From: a virus
Taxonomy: Duplodnaviria; Heunggongvirae; Uroviricota; Caudoviricetes
Direction: 5' to 3' (one strand)
Length of the DNA: 64,000 nt
Virus record (IMG/VR): IMGVR_UViG_3300012347_000217
Location: 110,664-174,663 of that record
Below, piece by piece: positions 31,552 to 41,356 of the stretch. Position numbers and translations under genes: made by a program. The stretch's first letter is position 1. The number at the start of each line of letters is the position of its first letter. Below the pieces are notes generated by a model. It saw nothing but the letters and a program-made list of their open reading frames with translations, had not been told where the DNA came from and did not search any database.

Positions 31552-32610
31552 ATGCATAAAATTGACCAACAATTAAACCTTATGCTAAGAGGCAAATTTG
31601 AAGAAGGTTGGAAACTCAGTGAACAAATGCACGAGGAACATCCAGAGAACACCAGACACCTATTCAATAGAGGGTGGTTCTTACTACATCAAGGCGACTT
31701 GCAAGGTGGCTTTCAAGCACTAGAAAATGGAAGAGAACTTAAAGTCTATGGTGGTGGCCATATAGGAACAAAAAAACCTATTTGGAACCAGCAAGATGAC
31801 CTGAACGGTAAAATAGTAATAATCGCACTAGAGTGTGGTTTCGGTGACCAAATGATTTATGTGCGTTTTGCATCTGAAGTACAGAAACGTGGTGGTAAAT
31901 GCATCATTTGTGGAACAAAATTATTACACAGCCTATTCGCACGAGTTCCTGGTGTAGAAAAATGTATCACACTAGATGAGGTACAAACAACACGGCATGA
32001 TTATTGGATTCCAGGATTTAGTTGCTCTTGGATTTTTGGTCACACATTTGAGACATTACCAAATCAGCCATACATGTCAGCATTACCTGAAAGTGTCGAA
32101 GTGTGGAAATCAATGCTTGATGGCATGAAGCAACGTTCTGGACCAAAGATAGGTATCAGATGGAGTGGCAGTCCACTATTCGAGCATCAACAATTCAGAG
32201 TTTTCCCGCCTGAGTTTTTAATCAACCTATATAAACGAACTGATGCACAATTCTTTAGTTTTCAAAGAGATACTGATATTATAGAATTGCCGGATGAAAT
32301 AGTTGACCTACAGCATATGTTGCTTTCATGGGAAGATACAGCAGCGGCATTGAAGAATTTAGATTTACTCATAACATCTTGCACAAGCGTGGCACACTTA
32401 GCCTCAGCAATGGGTGTTCCAACATGGGTAATCGTTCCGATATTACCGTACCATTGCTGGACATATGGTGATGAGCACAGTCCATGGTACCAAAATACAA
32501 CAAAAGTCTATAGACAAAAAGATTTTGGTCGATGGGAAAAAACATTTGAAAAGCTAGGTAATGACCTAGAAGTATTTGTAAACAATCTTAATGAGAAAGA
32601 AAGTGAATAA
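31552..32610 (+). CDS. TPR-associated GT-B glycosyltransferase (GT9/FlbA-FlmG-like)
   Basis: Short TPR-like helix pair (FNRGWFLLHQGDLQGGF), ECGFGDQ (EQG.GD-type motif), KIGIRWSG, and WEDTAAALKNLDLLITSCTSVAHLASAMGVPTW. Confidence 0.75.
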   Translation: MHKIDQQLNLMLRGKFEEGWKLSEQMHEEHPENTRHLFNRGWFLLHQGDLQGGFQALENGRELKVYGGGHIGTKKPIWNQQDDLNGKIVIIALECGFGDQMIYVRFASEVQKRGGKCIICGTKLLHSLFARVPGVEKCITLDEVQTTRHDYWIPGFSCSWIFGHTFETLPNQPYMSALPESVEVWKSMLDGMKQRSGPKIGIRWSGSPLFEHQQFRVFPPEFLINLYKRTDAQFFSFQRDTDIIELPDEIVDLQHMLLSWEDTAAALKNLDLLITSCTSVAHLASAMGVPTWVIVPILPYHCWTYGDEHSPWYQNTTKVYRQKDFGRWEKTFEKLGNDLEVFVNNLNEKESE

Positions 32611-32612
32611 TT

Positions 32613-33410
32613 ATGGCTAAACAATTTTATTTTATTGCAGGTCTACCACGTTCAGGTAGCACAATGATGATAAACATATTGAAACAAAATCCAGAAATTT
32701 TCGGACACAGTGTTAGTTCTTTGTATGAAATTTTCACAAATACATATAACAAATGGGACATGGTTGAAGAAAATTTAGTATTCCAAAATGACACGGCAAA
32801 ATTGAATGTGTTGAAGTCTATAATGGAAGGCTACTATGAAGACAACGATAAAGTCATCATATTCGATAAGAACCCTATGTGGGTCTCCAAGATTGCAATC
32901 TTAGAAGAAGTTTTAGGACAGAAGATTAAGATTCTTTGTATGGTAAGAAACCCAGCACAAATCTTAACGTCATTCGAAAGATTAAAAAGAAACAATCCAA
33001 AAGATGTTACCTTGACTGACCTGAAATTGGGTGAGAATACATCAATTGCGGGCAGAGCATATCATTATTCTTCACCAGAAGGTAAGATGGGACTACCATT
33101 CCAGCAACTTCGTGATGCAATCACTATGGGTTACATGGACCGATTCCTGTTCGTAGATTATAACAAGTTCTGCAATACGCCGAAGGCACAGATGAAGCGC
33201 ATCTACGATTTCTTTGAGTTACCGGAATTCAAACATGACTTCACGAACATCGAACAGAACGAAGTCTTCAATGATAATTTCTCCAAATTACCAGGTCAAT
33301 ATAAAATTAAAAATAAACTGGAAAGAACTACTGTTAATCCAGTGGAGTTTATCGGTTTAGATTTGTATGAGCAATACAACCGTGAAATCTTTTGGGACGC
33401 ATTGATTTAA
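32613..33410 (+). CDS. PAPS-dependent sulfotransferase
   Basis: 5'-PSB loop FIAGLPRSGST, DKNP, and 3'-PB motif CMVRNPAQILTSF. Confidence 0.85.
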   Translation: MAKQFYFIAGLPRSGSTMMINILKQNPEIFGHSVSSLYEIFTNTYNKWDMVEENLVFQNDTAKLNVLKSIMEGYYEDNDKVIIFDKNPMWVSKIAILEEVLGQKIKILCMVRNPAQILTSFERLKRNNPKDVTLTDLKLGENTSIAGRAYHYSSPEGKMGLPFQQLRDAITMGYMDRFLFVDYNKFCNTPKAQMKRIYDFFELPEFKHDFTNIEQNEVFNDNFSKLPGQYKIKNKLERTTVNPVEFIGLDLYEQYNREIFWDALI

Positions 33411-33419
33411 GGAATTATT

Positions 33420-34031
33420 ATGAGCGAACAACCTGAATTGAAAAAATTAAATCTTGGCTGTGGGTTTAAAAAGAGAGATGATTATTGGAACGTAGACGTT
33501 GAACCAAAATGTCGTCCAGACCAAGTAGTTAACCTCGAACAGACACCTTGGCCATGGGAAGATAACTTCTTCACACACATCGACATGGATAATATCTTAG
33601 AACATCTAGGTCAAACACCAGCAAAGTTCACAGATATTATGAAAGAACTATATCGTGTTAGTGCTGATAAGGCAGAGTGGGTCATCTGTGTACCACACCA
33701 TCGTTGCGATTTATTTTGGGACGATTACACACACGTGCGAGTACTAACAGCAAAAACATTCAGGATGTTTGACCAAGAAGTTAACGTAGAGTCAATCAAA
33801 CGTAAGTTATCCGATTCTACTTTCGGTCTATACCACGATATCGACATTGAGGTGACCGATGTTACTTACAATATTGTGAGTTATTGGAGAGACCAGCTCG
33901 AAAAAGGATTCATTTCTCAGTTCCAGTTTGATATGAAAATGAATACGATTTCGAACGTAGCAGAATCTATCAATATCTTCATTACAGTACATAAGCCTGG
34001 ACGCCAAGCCAATTATCTGAAAGTAAATTGA
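33420..34031 (+). CDS. SAM-dependent methyltransferase (type 11-like)
   Basis: KLNLGCG motif I, NVD, PWPWEDN, ILEHL and KELYRV. Confidence 0.8.
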   Translation: MSEQPELKKLNLGCGFKKRDDYWNVDVEPKCRPDQVVNLEQTPWPWEDNFFTHIDMDNILEHLGQTPAKFTDIMKELYRVSADKAEWVICVPHHRCDLFWDDYTHVRVLTAKTFRMFDQEVNVESIKRKLSDSTFGLYHDIDIEVTDVTYNIVSYWRDQLEKGFISQFQFDMKMNTISNVAESINIFITVHKPGRQANYLKVN

Positions 34032-34771
34032 TGTTTAATATAGGTGACAAAGTACACAGAAATGTGCTTCTACCCTGTGACCATGGACTGATGATTGTCA
34101 ATCGTTTCGACTGTAACGAGAATCAGGTCGGTCATGGTCAATGGTTACTAGACCACGGCAACACAACAACTGTCGAGGCATCTATTTGTGTAGATGCTTT
34201 GAGAGGTAAAGTTGCTCCTACAATCTTTGATATTGGAGCAAATATAGGAACATTCACGACATGGATGGCAAAAGTGTATCCACAAGGTAAGATATATGCA
34301 TTTGAACCACAGAGAATCGTGTTTCAGATGTTATGTGGTAACATGTCTATCAATAACCATGATAATGTTTATGCTATGAATATGGGTCTTGGTGATGAAA
34401 ATGGTACTATCGAGTTCTTTGAACCAGACTATACACAAAAAGTGGACTATGGAACATTCAGCTTGGTTGAAAAAGTTATCGACAAGACAACCAACAATCT
34501 AAGTGTCGTTGATATCTCAACATTAGATAGTTTCATGTCTAAGCATAAGATTGAGAAGGTTGACCTATTGAAGATTGATGTTGAAGGTATGGACATTCAA
34601 GTATTGCGTGGAGCAAAAGAGACAATACAGAGATGTAAACCAGCAATCTTCATCGAGCATTCGGATAACCGTAAGTCTGTTATGCAGGAGATTGAAAAAG
34701 AGTTGGACCAATACAAATATTGTTATGAGGTGCATGGAAACAACGTCTTGGCCACACCAATATTCAGGTAA
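34031..34771 (+). CDS. FkbM-family methyltransferase
   Basis: FDIGANIGTF, YAFEPQ and LLKIDVEG..IQVLRGA motifs. The ATG overlaps the upstream TGA (TGATG). Confidence 0.85.
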   Translation: MFNIGDKVHRNVLLPCDHGLMIVNRFDCNENQVGHGQWLLDHGNTTTVEASICVDALRGKVAPTIFDIGANIGTFTTWMAKVYPQGKIYAFEPQRIVFQMLCGNMSINNHDNVYAMNMGLGDENGTIEFFEPDYTQKVDYGTFSLVEKVIDKTTNNLSVVDISTLDSFMSKHKIEKVDLLKIDVEGMDIQVLRGAKETIQRCKPAIFIEHSDNRKSVMQEIEKELDQYKYCYEVHGNNVLATPIFR

Positions 34772-34779
34772 AATAATAA

Positions 34780-34787
34780 CATAAATA
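34780..34787 (+). promoter_or_regulatory. Putative late promoter (CATAAATA)
   Basis: Intergenic, 20 nt before gp13. Confidence 0.7.
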
Positions 34788-34807
34788 CTCCCTATAAGGG
34801 GAAAATA

Positions 34808-35584
34808 ATGGCCACCGTATCCAACAGACAAGAATTCAAACAATACTGCTTACGTAAACTGGGATTTCCAACCATCGAAATCAACATTGACGACGACCAG
34901 GTAGAAGACCGCATTGATGATGCACTGCAATACTGGCAAGACTACCATTTTGATGGTCTACAAAAGATTTATTACGTTAGACGCTTGGATGCGACAGATG
35001 TAGCAAACAAATATGTGGATTTAAGACCAGAAGTCACAGTAGATTCATCCAATACGAGCGTCAACATCGTTGGTGTTACACGTATTTTCCCAATCACATC
35101 TTCTCTGAATTCTACAAACATGTTCGACCTACGCTACCAATTGCGTTTGAATGAACTGTATGACTTCACATCTGCATCCTATGTGAACTACACACTCACT
35201 ATGCAGCACCTTCGCTCACTCGAATTGATGTTCTCTGGTGAGACTCCAATCCGTTTCCAGCGCCATCAGCACAGACTATACTGTGACTTGGCATGGGGTC
35301 GTGAGGCTAAAGAAGGTACAGTTATCGTAGCAGAATGTTATGCTACTATTGACGAGAATGCCTATGCATCCGTCTGGTCAGACCGCTGGTTAAAGAACTA
35401 TGCAACAGCACTTATCAAACAAAACTGGGGTGCTAACCTGAAGAAGTTTGCTGGTGTACAACTTCCAGGTGGTGTCACCCTGAACGGTCAAGTTATCTTT
35501 GACGAAGCAACAGCAGAAATTGAAGCCTTACAGAAAGATATGATTGATAGCTACTCAGGTCCACTAGAGTGGTTTATGAACTAA
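34808..35584 (+). CDS. gp13: Neck protein (head completion)
   Basis: YCLRKLGFPTIEINIDDDQVEDRIDDALQ...WLKNYATALIKQNWGANLKKFAGVQLPGGVTLNG. Confidence 0.92.
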   Translation: MATVSNRQEFKQYCLRKLGFPTIEINIDDDQVEDRIDDALQYWQDYHFDGLQKIYYVRRLDATDVANKYVDLRPEVTVDSSNTSVNIVGVTRIFPITSSLNSTNMFDLRYQLRLNELYDFTSASYVNYTLTMQHLRSLELMFSGETPIRFQRHQHRLYCDLAWGREAKEGTVIVAECYATIDENAYASVWSDRWLKNYATALIKQNWGANLKKFAGVQLPGGVTLNGQVIFDEATAEIEALQKDMIDSYSGPLEWFMN

Positions 35585-35585
35585 T

Positions 35586-36455
35586 ATGGCAACAAATCTA
35601 TACTTTAATAACTTCGGCAGTAGTCCTGAACAAAGACTCGTCGAAGATTTAATGATTGAAACCATTAAGATTAATGGTGTGGATTGCTATTACATTCCAA
35701 ACATTAACGAAACTGCACGTGACTTGTTGTACGGTGAAGACCCACTCAAGAAGTTTTCAGCAGCATACCCACTAGAATTATACATCACAAACGTGGATGG
35801 TTACGAAGGTGAACGTGAGTTCTTCTCCAAGTTCGGTCTTGAGATTCGTAACAACATGTCGGTTATTGTATCGAAGCGTTCGTTTGCTCGATGGGTGCCA
35901 CAGAATAGATACGCAAGACCACGTGAAGGTGACTTGATTTACATTCCATTCCTATCACAAACAGGTGAAATGTATGAAATCAAGTTCGTTAATTACACAG
36001 ATGCCTTCTATGTAATGGGTAATAAGTATCCGTTTTTCTACAAACTGGAACTTGAGAAATTTAAATACTCACAAGAAACTATTGATGTTGGTATCGACAG
36101 CATTGATGATATCGTTGCACAAGAAGCATACACGATTTCTTTAGATATGAACACTGTTACTGGTACAGGAACATATCTTGTTGGTGAGAAGGTGACTTCT
36201 GGTGCCAATTCTGGTACTGTCACATACTGGAACAAAGCAGAAGGTACACTCAAGGTCACAGACCTCTTGGGTACGTTCTCAAACAACACAACAATCATTG
36301 GTGTCAACTCTGCGGCTTCATATGTAACAACAGCTTCTCCAGACACACTGTTTGATCCACAAGAGCGTGAAATGTACGACAACAGAATCATTCAGACAGA
36401 AGCTAACAACTATTTGGACTTCTCTGAATCCAACCCATTTGGTGATATCACATGA
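35586..36455 (+). CDS. gp14: Neck protein
   Basis: EQRLVEDLMIETIKINGVDCYYIP...FFSKFGLEIRN...RPREGDLIYIP...DFSESNPFG. Confidence 0.92.
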   Translation: MATNLYFNNFGSSPEQRLVEDLMIETIKINGVDCYYIPNINETARDLLYGEDPLKKFSAAYPLELYITNVDGYEGEREFFSKFGLEIRNNMSVIVSKRSFARWVPQNRYARPREGDLIYIPFLSQTGEMYEIKFVNYTDAFYVMGNKYPFFYKLELEKFKYSQETIDVGIDSIDDIVAQEAYTISLDMNTVTGTGTYLVGEKVTSGANSGTVTYWNKAEGTLKVTDLLGTFSNNTTIIGVNSAASYVTTASPDTLFDPQEREMYDNRIIQTEANNYLDFSESNPFGDIT

Positions 36456-37444
36456 GCCAGAGCTACCATAGAATCATAAGAAAAGTTGTCATTGCTTTTG
36501 GCAACATTTTCAACAACATCTCTCTATCACGATACGATGAGGCTGGTACCGAAAAGGAACACTTCTTGGTACCCATCGTTTATGGTGGCAAAGAGAAGTA
36601 TGTCAATCGCCTAGAGGGTGATCCAAATTTGGACAAGAAGGTTCAAGTCACATTACCTATCATGTCTTTCGAAATGGTGGACATGAAGTATGATGCTACA
36701 CGTAAGCTGATGACTAACATGAAAAACGCATTGCCTGCTGCTGGTGGTACTACCGCAATCGCAGTGTATAATCCTGTTCCATTCGATTTTGAGTTCTCTC
36801 TGTATGCTTATGTACGTAACATCGAAGACGGTGCGCAACTCATGGAGAAGATTCTACCATACTTCACACCAGACCACACAGTATCAGTCAACTTGATTCC
36901 AGAAATCGGTGTAATCAAACAACTTCCTATTGTATTAAAAGACGTTTCTCATACCGTCGATTATGAAGGTGACTATAATACTAAAGTTCGCTCTATCATC
37001 TGGACTCTGAACTTCACAGTCAAAGGTTACTTGTACGGTCCAACAACTCAACCAAAGATTATTCGTTCATCATTCACCAATATCTATGATGACAAGACTC
37101 TGAAAGAGAAGACTATCGTATTGAATATGAACAATGGCTTTGGTGCATACAAGACAGGTGAAACTGTCTATCAAGGTTATTCGATGGACACCTCTTCCGC
37201 AACTGCGAAGGTTGTGTCTTGGAGCAGTACATCAAACACAATGGTAATCAGTGATTCAGTTGGACACTTTGTTGTCGGTGAAACAATCATCGGACAATCA
37301 ACAAATGCAAAATGGAATATGGAGAGTTACGATTTCGTCAATACCAATTTGGTCGAAGTTGTTGTTAGACCTAATCCAACCAACGTTGTATTACCAAATA
37401 ATTATACATATACCGTAACAACAACGGAATATCCTGATATTTAA
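36452..37444 (+). CDS. gp15: Tail sheath stabiliser / tail terminator
   Basis: IRKVVIAFGNIFNNI...VPIVYGGKEK...LPIMSFEM...ILPYFTP...WTLNFTVKGYLYGP. Confidence 0.92.
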   Translation: MSQSYHRIIRKVVIAFGNIFNNISLSRYDEAGTEKEHFLVPIVYGGKEKYVNRLEGDPNLDKKVQVTLPIMSFEMVDMKYDATRKLMTNMKNALPAAGGTTAIAVYNPVPFDFEFSLYAYVRNIEDGAQLMEKILPYFTPDHTVSVNLIPEIGVIKQLPIVLKDVSHTVDYEGDYNTKVRSIIWTLNFTVKGYLYGPTTQPKIIRSSFTNIYDDKTLKEKTIVLNMNNGFGAYKTGETVYQGYSMDTSSATAKVVSWSSTSNTMVISDSVGHFVVGETIIGQSTNAKWNMESYDFVNTNLVEVVVRPNPTNVVLPNNYTYTVTTTEYPDI

Positions 37445-37455
37445 GAAACAAAATT

Positions 37456-37908
37456 ATGAGTAAATTTGAAAAAAGTATGTCAGAAATTTTTGATGTTGTG
37501 CCAAAGGTGTCAGAGAAAACAGAACAGTTACCTGTTGTTGTCGAAGCACCCACAGAGTTTGGCTCACCAGCAAGGCTTGAGGTCGACCTGGATGCAGACT
37601 ATGAAGAATCACGCAAGACACTGAAAGACTTGGTCAAAAAAGGTTCTGATGCTATTGACCACCTAATGTCTATTGCAACCGAGACGGAACACCCACGTGC
37701 TTTCGAAGTGGTCGCAACACTTATTAAAAACACCACAGACGCCAACGAGAAATTGTTGATGATGCAGAAGTCTATGCGTGAGATGAAGGGTATGTCTGCC
37801 AAGAAGGACTCAGGTAATGTAACCGTAGACAAGGCTATCTTTGTCGGTTCAACATCCGAACTCTCTAAATTATTAAAAGATTCCAAGAAGAATGGCAACA
37901 CAGAATAA
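37456..37908 (+). CDS. gp16: Terminase small subunit
   Basis: DYEESRKTL...GSDAID...ETEHPRAFEVVATLIK...KAIFVGSTSEL. Confidence 0.9.
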   Translation: MSKFEKSMSEIFDVVPKVSEKTEQLPVVVEAPTEFGSPARLEVDLDADYEESRKTLKDLVKKGSDAIDHLMSIATETEHPRAFEVVATLIKNTTDANEKLLMMQKSMREMKGMSAKKDSGNVTVDKAIFVGSTSELSKLLKDSKKNGNTE

Positions 37909-39562
37909 TAAAACGGCTTACCGTGATAACCCGTTACTGAAAAAGGTCGGTGTTGAACATTCTTTTACACAGGAAGAAGTAGAAGAATACATCAAATGTG
38001 CTAATGATCCAGTATACTTTGGTGAAAACTATATTAAGATTGTTAACGTTGACCGTGGTCTGATGCCATTCGAGATGTGGGATTTCCAAAAGGAAATGAT
38101 TCGCACATACCATGAAAATAGATTCTCAATCACCAAGTGTCCCCGTCAGGTTGGTAAGACAACTACATCAGTTGCATACCTGCTATGGGTTACTCTATTC
38201 CAAGACCAACAAAACATCGCCGTTCTAGCTAACAAGGGTTCACTTGCACGTGACATTTTGGCTAAGTACCAGCTTGCTTACGAAAACTTACCTATTTGGC
38301 TTCAACAAGGTGTTGTGACATGGAACAAGGGTAACGTAGAACTGGAAAACGGCTCAAAGATTATCGCAGCATCCACATCAAGCTCTGCTGTTCGTGGTGG
38401 TGCTTTCAACGTAGTATTCTTGGACGAATTTGCGTTCGTTCCAAACAACATTGCTAATGAGTTCTTTAACTCAGTGTACCCTGTTATCTCATCTGGTAAG
38501 TCTACCAAGATTATTATTGTATCTACACCTAACGGTATGAACTTGTTCTACAAGCTCTGGATGGATGCGATGGGTAAGAAGAACGGATATAAGACCTTTG
38601 AGATTCACTGGTCTATGGTACCTGGACGTGACGAGAAGTGGCGAGAAGAAACCATTAAGAACACCTCGGAAGAACAGTTCAGACAAGAATTTGAATGTGA
38701 ATTCTTGGGTTCTACAAACACACTTATCTCTGGTTCCAAACTGGCACAGTTGGTGTACAAAGAACCTATTGCCAAGCATGAGCTACTGGATGTCTTTGAG
38801 TACCCAATCGTGGGTGATGAAGAATCATCGTCAAGTCACATCTATGCTATGACAGTTGACCCAGCAGAAGGTAAGAACATGGATGCGTCCTCGTTCTCTG
38901 TCTTTGACGTATCTGCTGTACCATACAGACAGGTCGCAAGGTACAACTCCTCATCAGTTTCACCAATCTTATTCCCAACGGTCATCTATAATACAGCAAA
39001 GCTGTTCAATAATGCCTACGTATTGGTTGAGATAAATAACACACCGCAGATTGCAGACACCCTACATCAAGATTTGGAGTATGAGAATGTCGTGAAAATC
39101 GAGACCGGTAACAAGAAAGCACAAGCAATGGGTACTGGCTTCGGTCGTGGTATACAGCTTGGTATTAAAATGTCAGCTCAGGTCAAGCGTATTGGGTGTT
39201 CAAACCTCAAGACTTTGATTGAGAATGACAAACTAATTATTAACGACTTTGACACAATTTCCCAACTCACTACGTTTGTGGCAGCACATAACAGTTTTAA
39301 GGCGGAAGAAGGTGCTAACGACGACATTGTGATGACTTTGGTCATGTTCGCATGGATGACAACACAACAATACTTTAAAGAGATTGTCAACCATGATTTA
39401 AGAAAACAGATGCAGCTAGAAATGCTCAATCAGTCGGATGATGAGGTACCATCTTTTGGTATTTTTGACAACGGAAGTGAGCATAACTATATTGTGGAAG
39501 ACGGTGACGTTTGGTTACGCAGAGAAGATTCGGAGCATATGTCTTCGTTCTTTAGAGGCTAA
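37892..39562 (+). CDS. gp17: Terminase large subunit
   Basis: PRQVGKT Walker A, FLDEFAFV Walker B, IIVSTPNG, and nuclease-domain DPAEG and DDIVM motifs. Confidence 0.97.
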   Translation: MATQNNKTAYRDNPLLKKVGVEHSFTQEEVEEYIKCANDPVYFGENYIKIVNVDRGLMPFEMWDFQKEMIRTYHENRFSITKCPRQVGKTTTSVAYLLWVTLFQDQQNIAVLANKGSLARDILAKYQLAYENLPIWLQQGVVTWNKGNVELENGSKIIAASTSSSAVRGGAFNVVFLDEFAFVPNNIANEFFNSVYPVISSGKSTKIIIVSTPNGMNLFYKLWMDAMGKKNGYKTFEIHWSMVPGRDEKWREETIKNTSEEQFRQEFECEFLGSTNTLISGSKLAQLVYKEPIAKHELLDVFEYPIVGDEESSSSHIYAMTVDPAEGKNMDASSFSVFDVSAVPYRQVARYNSSSVSPILFPTVIYNTAKLFNNAYVLVEINNTPQIADTLHQDLEYENVVKIETGNKKAQAMGTGFGRGIQLGIKMSAQVKRIGCSNLKTLIENDKLIINDFDTISQLTTFVAAHNSFKAEEGANDDIVMTLVMFAWMTTQQYFKEIVNHDLRKQMQLEMLNQSDDEVPSFGIFDNGSEHNYIVEDGDVWLRREDSEHMSSFFRG

Positions 39563-39579
39563 CTGTAAAATCACCATTT

Positions 39580-39587
39580 CATAAATA
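39580..39587 (+). promoter_or_regulatory. Putative late promoter (CATAAATA)
   Basis: Intergenic, upstream of gp18. Confidence 0.7.
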
Positions 39588-39634
39588 CAATATAGGTTAT
39601 TACTGCCAAATAGCAATAAAACAAGGAGATAAAA

Positions 39635-41329
39635 ATGGCATTTCAGATTTCTCCAGGCGTAAATTCATCGGAACTAGACTTAACCACAGTCGTGCCTTCG
39701 GTGTCTACTACGGCCGGTGCATACGCTGGACAATTCCAATGGGGTCCAGTCAATAAGAGAACACTCGTAACACACGAAACCGATTTAGTGAATCGCTTTG
39801 GTGAACCAGATAGCAACACAGCAACTTCATTCTTTTCGGCTGCCAACTTCTTGGCTTATGGAAACAATCTCCAAGTTGTACGTGCAGCTAATACAGGCTC
39901 ATTCAATGCTTCCGCTAACACTACAGTTTTGATTAACAACGAAGACGACTATGATGAAGATTATATTGCGGTTTCGAATACGCAATCATTCGTAGCACGT
40001 TACCCAGGAGCATTAGGTAATTCATTGAAAGTTTCTGTATGTTCAGCAAACACAGCTAACGTAAGTGCAGCTTTCTCTGCTTGGGCTTACAAAGGCTACT
40101 TCAACGCAGCACCAAATACAAGTACATTTGCAGCTTCCGCAGGCGGCGCATATGACCAGATGCACGTAATCGTTATCGACGAAGACGGTCTGTTCAGCAA
40201 AGGTGCTAAGAATACAGTGTTGGAAGTATTCCCTTACTTGTCTAAAGCAACTGATGCTAAGACAGATGATGGTTCACCTGCTTACTACCGTACAGTTATC
40301 CGTAATACTTCGAAGTACATCTACGCTTTGGGTCCAGTTGATGCAGCTAATACAGAAGCTACATGGGACCAAGACGCATTGAACGTAAGCTTCGTTGGTC
40401 TACCAGAGAACACAACAGTATCTTTGGCTAGCGGTGCAACAAAAGCGGTTACAACTGCTGACGCAACAGGCGCATGGGACCAGTTCTCTAATGCTGACGT
40501 TGTAGATGTATCATTGTTGATTTCTGGCGATGCTGGAACAACAGTACAACAATCAGTTATTGACTTAGCTTCGACACGTAAAGATTGCGTAGCATTCGTT
40601 TCACCACAATACTCTGATGTTGTAGGTAATGCGGATCCAGCAACTGCGATTCAAACATGGGCTTCTACAACTCTAGGTCGTGCGACTTCATATGCTTTCG
40701 CAGATTCAGGTTGGAAGTACCAATTCGATAAGTACAACAACGTATATCGTTGGATTCCATTGAACGGCGATACTGCTGGTCTATGTGTACGTACAGACCA
40801 AACTCGTGACCCATGGTTCTCACCAGCTGGTTACGCACGTGGCGCCGTAAAGAACGTAGTTAAGCTTGCATGGAACCCTAACCAAGCACAACGTGATAAC
40901 ATCTACTCTGTTGGTGTTAACCCAGTTGTATCCTTCCCAGGTCAAGGTACTATCTTGTACGGTGACAAGACATTGTTGACACAACCATCAGCATTTGACC
41001 GTATCAACGTTCGTCGTCTGTTCATTGTACTAGAAAAAGCAATTGCAAATGCATCTAAGTTCTCACTATTCGAATTGAATGATGAGTTCACAAGGGCACA
41101 ATTTATCTCCCTAGTGGAACCGTTCTTGCGTGATGTTAAAGGTCGTCGTGGTATCTATGACTACCGTGTTGTATGTGATACAACAAATAACACAGCACAA
41201 GTTATTGACACAAACCGCTTCGTCGGTGATATCTACATCAAACCAGCACGTTCAATCAACTTTATCCAGTTGAACTTCGTTGCTGTAAGAAGTGGTGTCT
41301 CCTTCAACGAAATCGTTGGTTCAGTCTAA
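39635..41329 (+). CDS. gp18: Tail sheath protein
   Basis: FQISPGVNSSELDLT, DPWFSPAGYARG, AFDRINVRRLF, FVGDIYIKPARSINFIQLNFVA. Confidence 0.97.
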   Translation: MAFQISPGVNSSELDLTTVVPSVSTTAGAYAGQFQWGPVNKRTLVTHETDLVNRFGEPDSNTATSFFSAANFLAYGNNLQVVRAANTGSFNASANTTVLINNEDDYDEDYIAVSNTQSFVARYPGALGNSLKVSVCSANTANVSAAFSAWAYKGYFNAAPNTSTFAASAGGAYDQMHVIVIDEDGLFSKGAKNTVLEVFPYLSKATDAKTDDGSPAYYRTVIRNTSKYIYALGPVDAANTEATWDQDALNVSFVGLPENTTVSLASGATKAVTTADATGAWDQFSNADVVDVSLLISGDAGTTVQQSVIDLASTRKDCVAFVSPQYSDVVGNADPATAIQTWASTTLGRATSYAFADSGWKYQFDKYNNVYRWIPLNGDTAGLCVRTDQTRDPWFSPAGYARGAVKNVVKLAWNPNQAQRDNIYSVGVNPVVSFPGQGTILYGDKTLLTQPSAFDRINVRRLFIVLEKAIANASKFSLFELNDEFTRAQFISLVEPFLRDVKGRRGIYDYRVVCDTTNNTAQVIDTNRFVGDIYIKPARSINFIQLNFVAVRSGVSFNEIVGSV

Positions 41330-41356
41330 TAAATAATAGAAATAGGAGAAAACACA

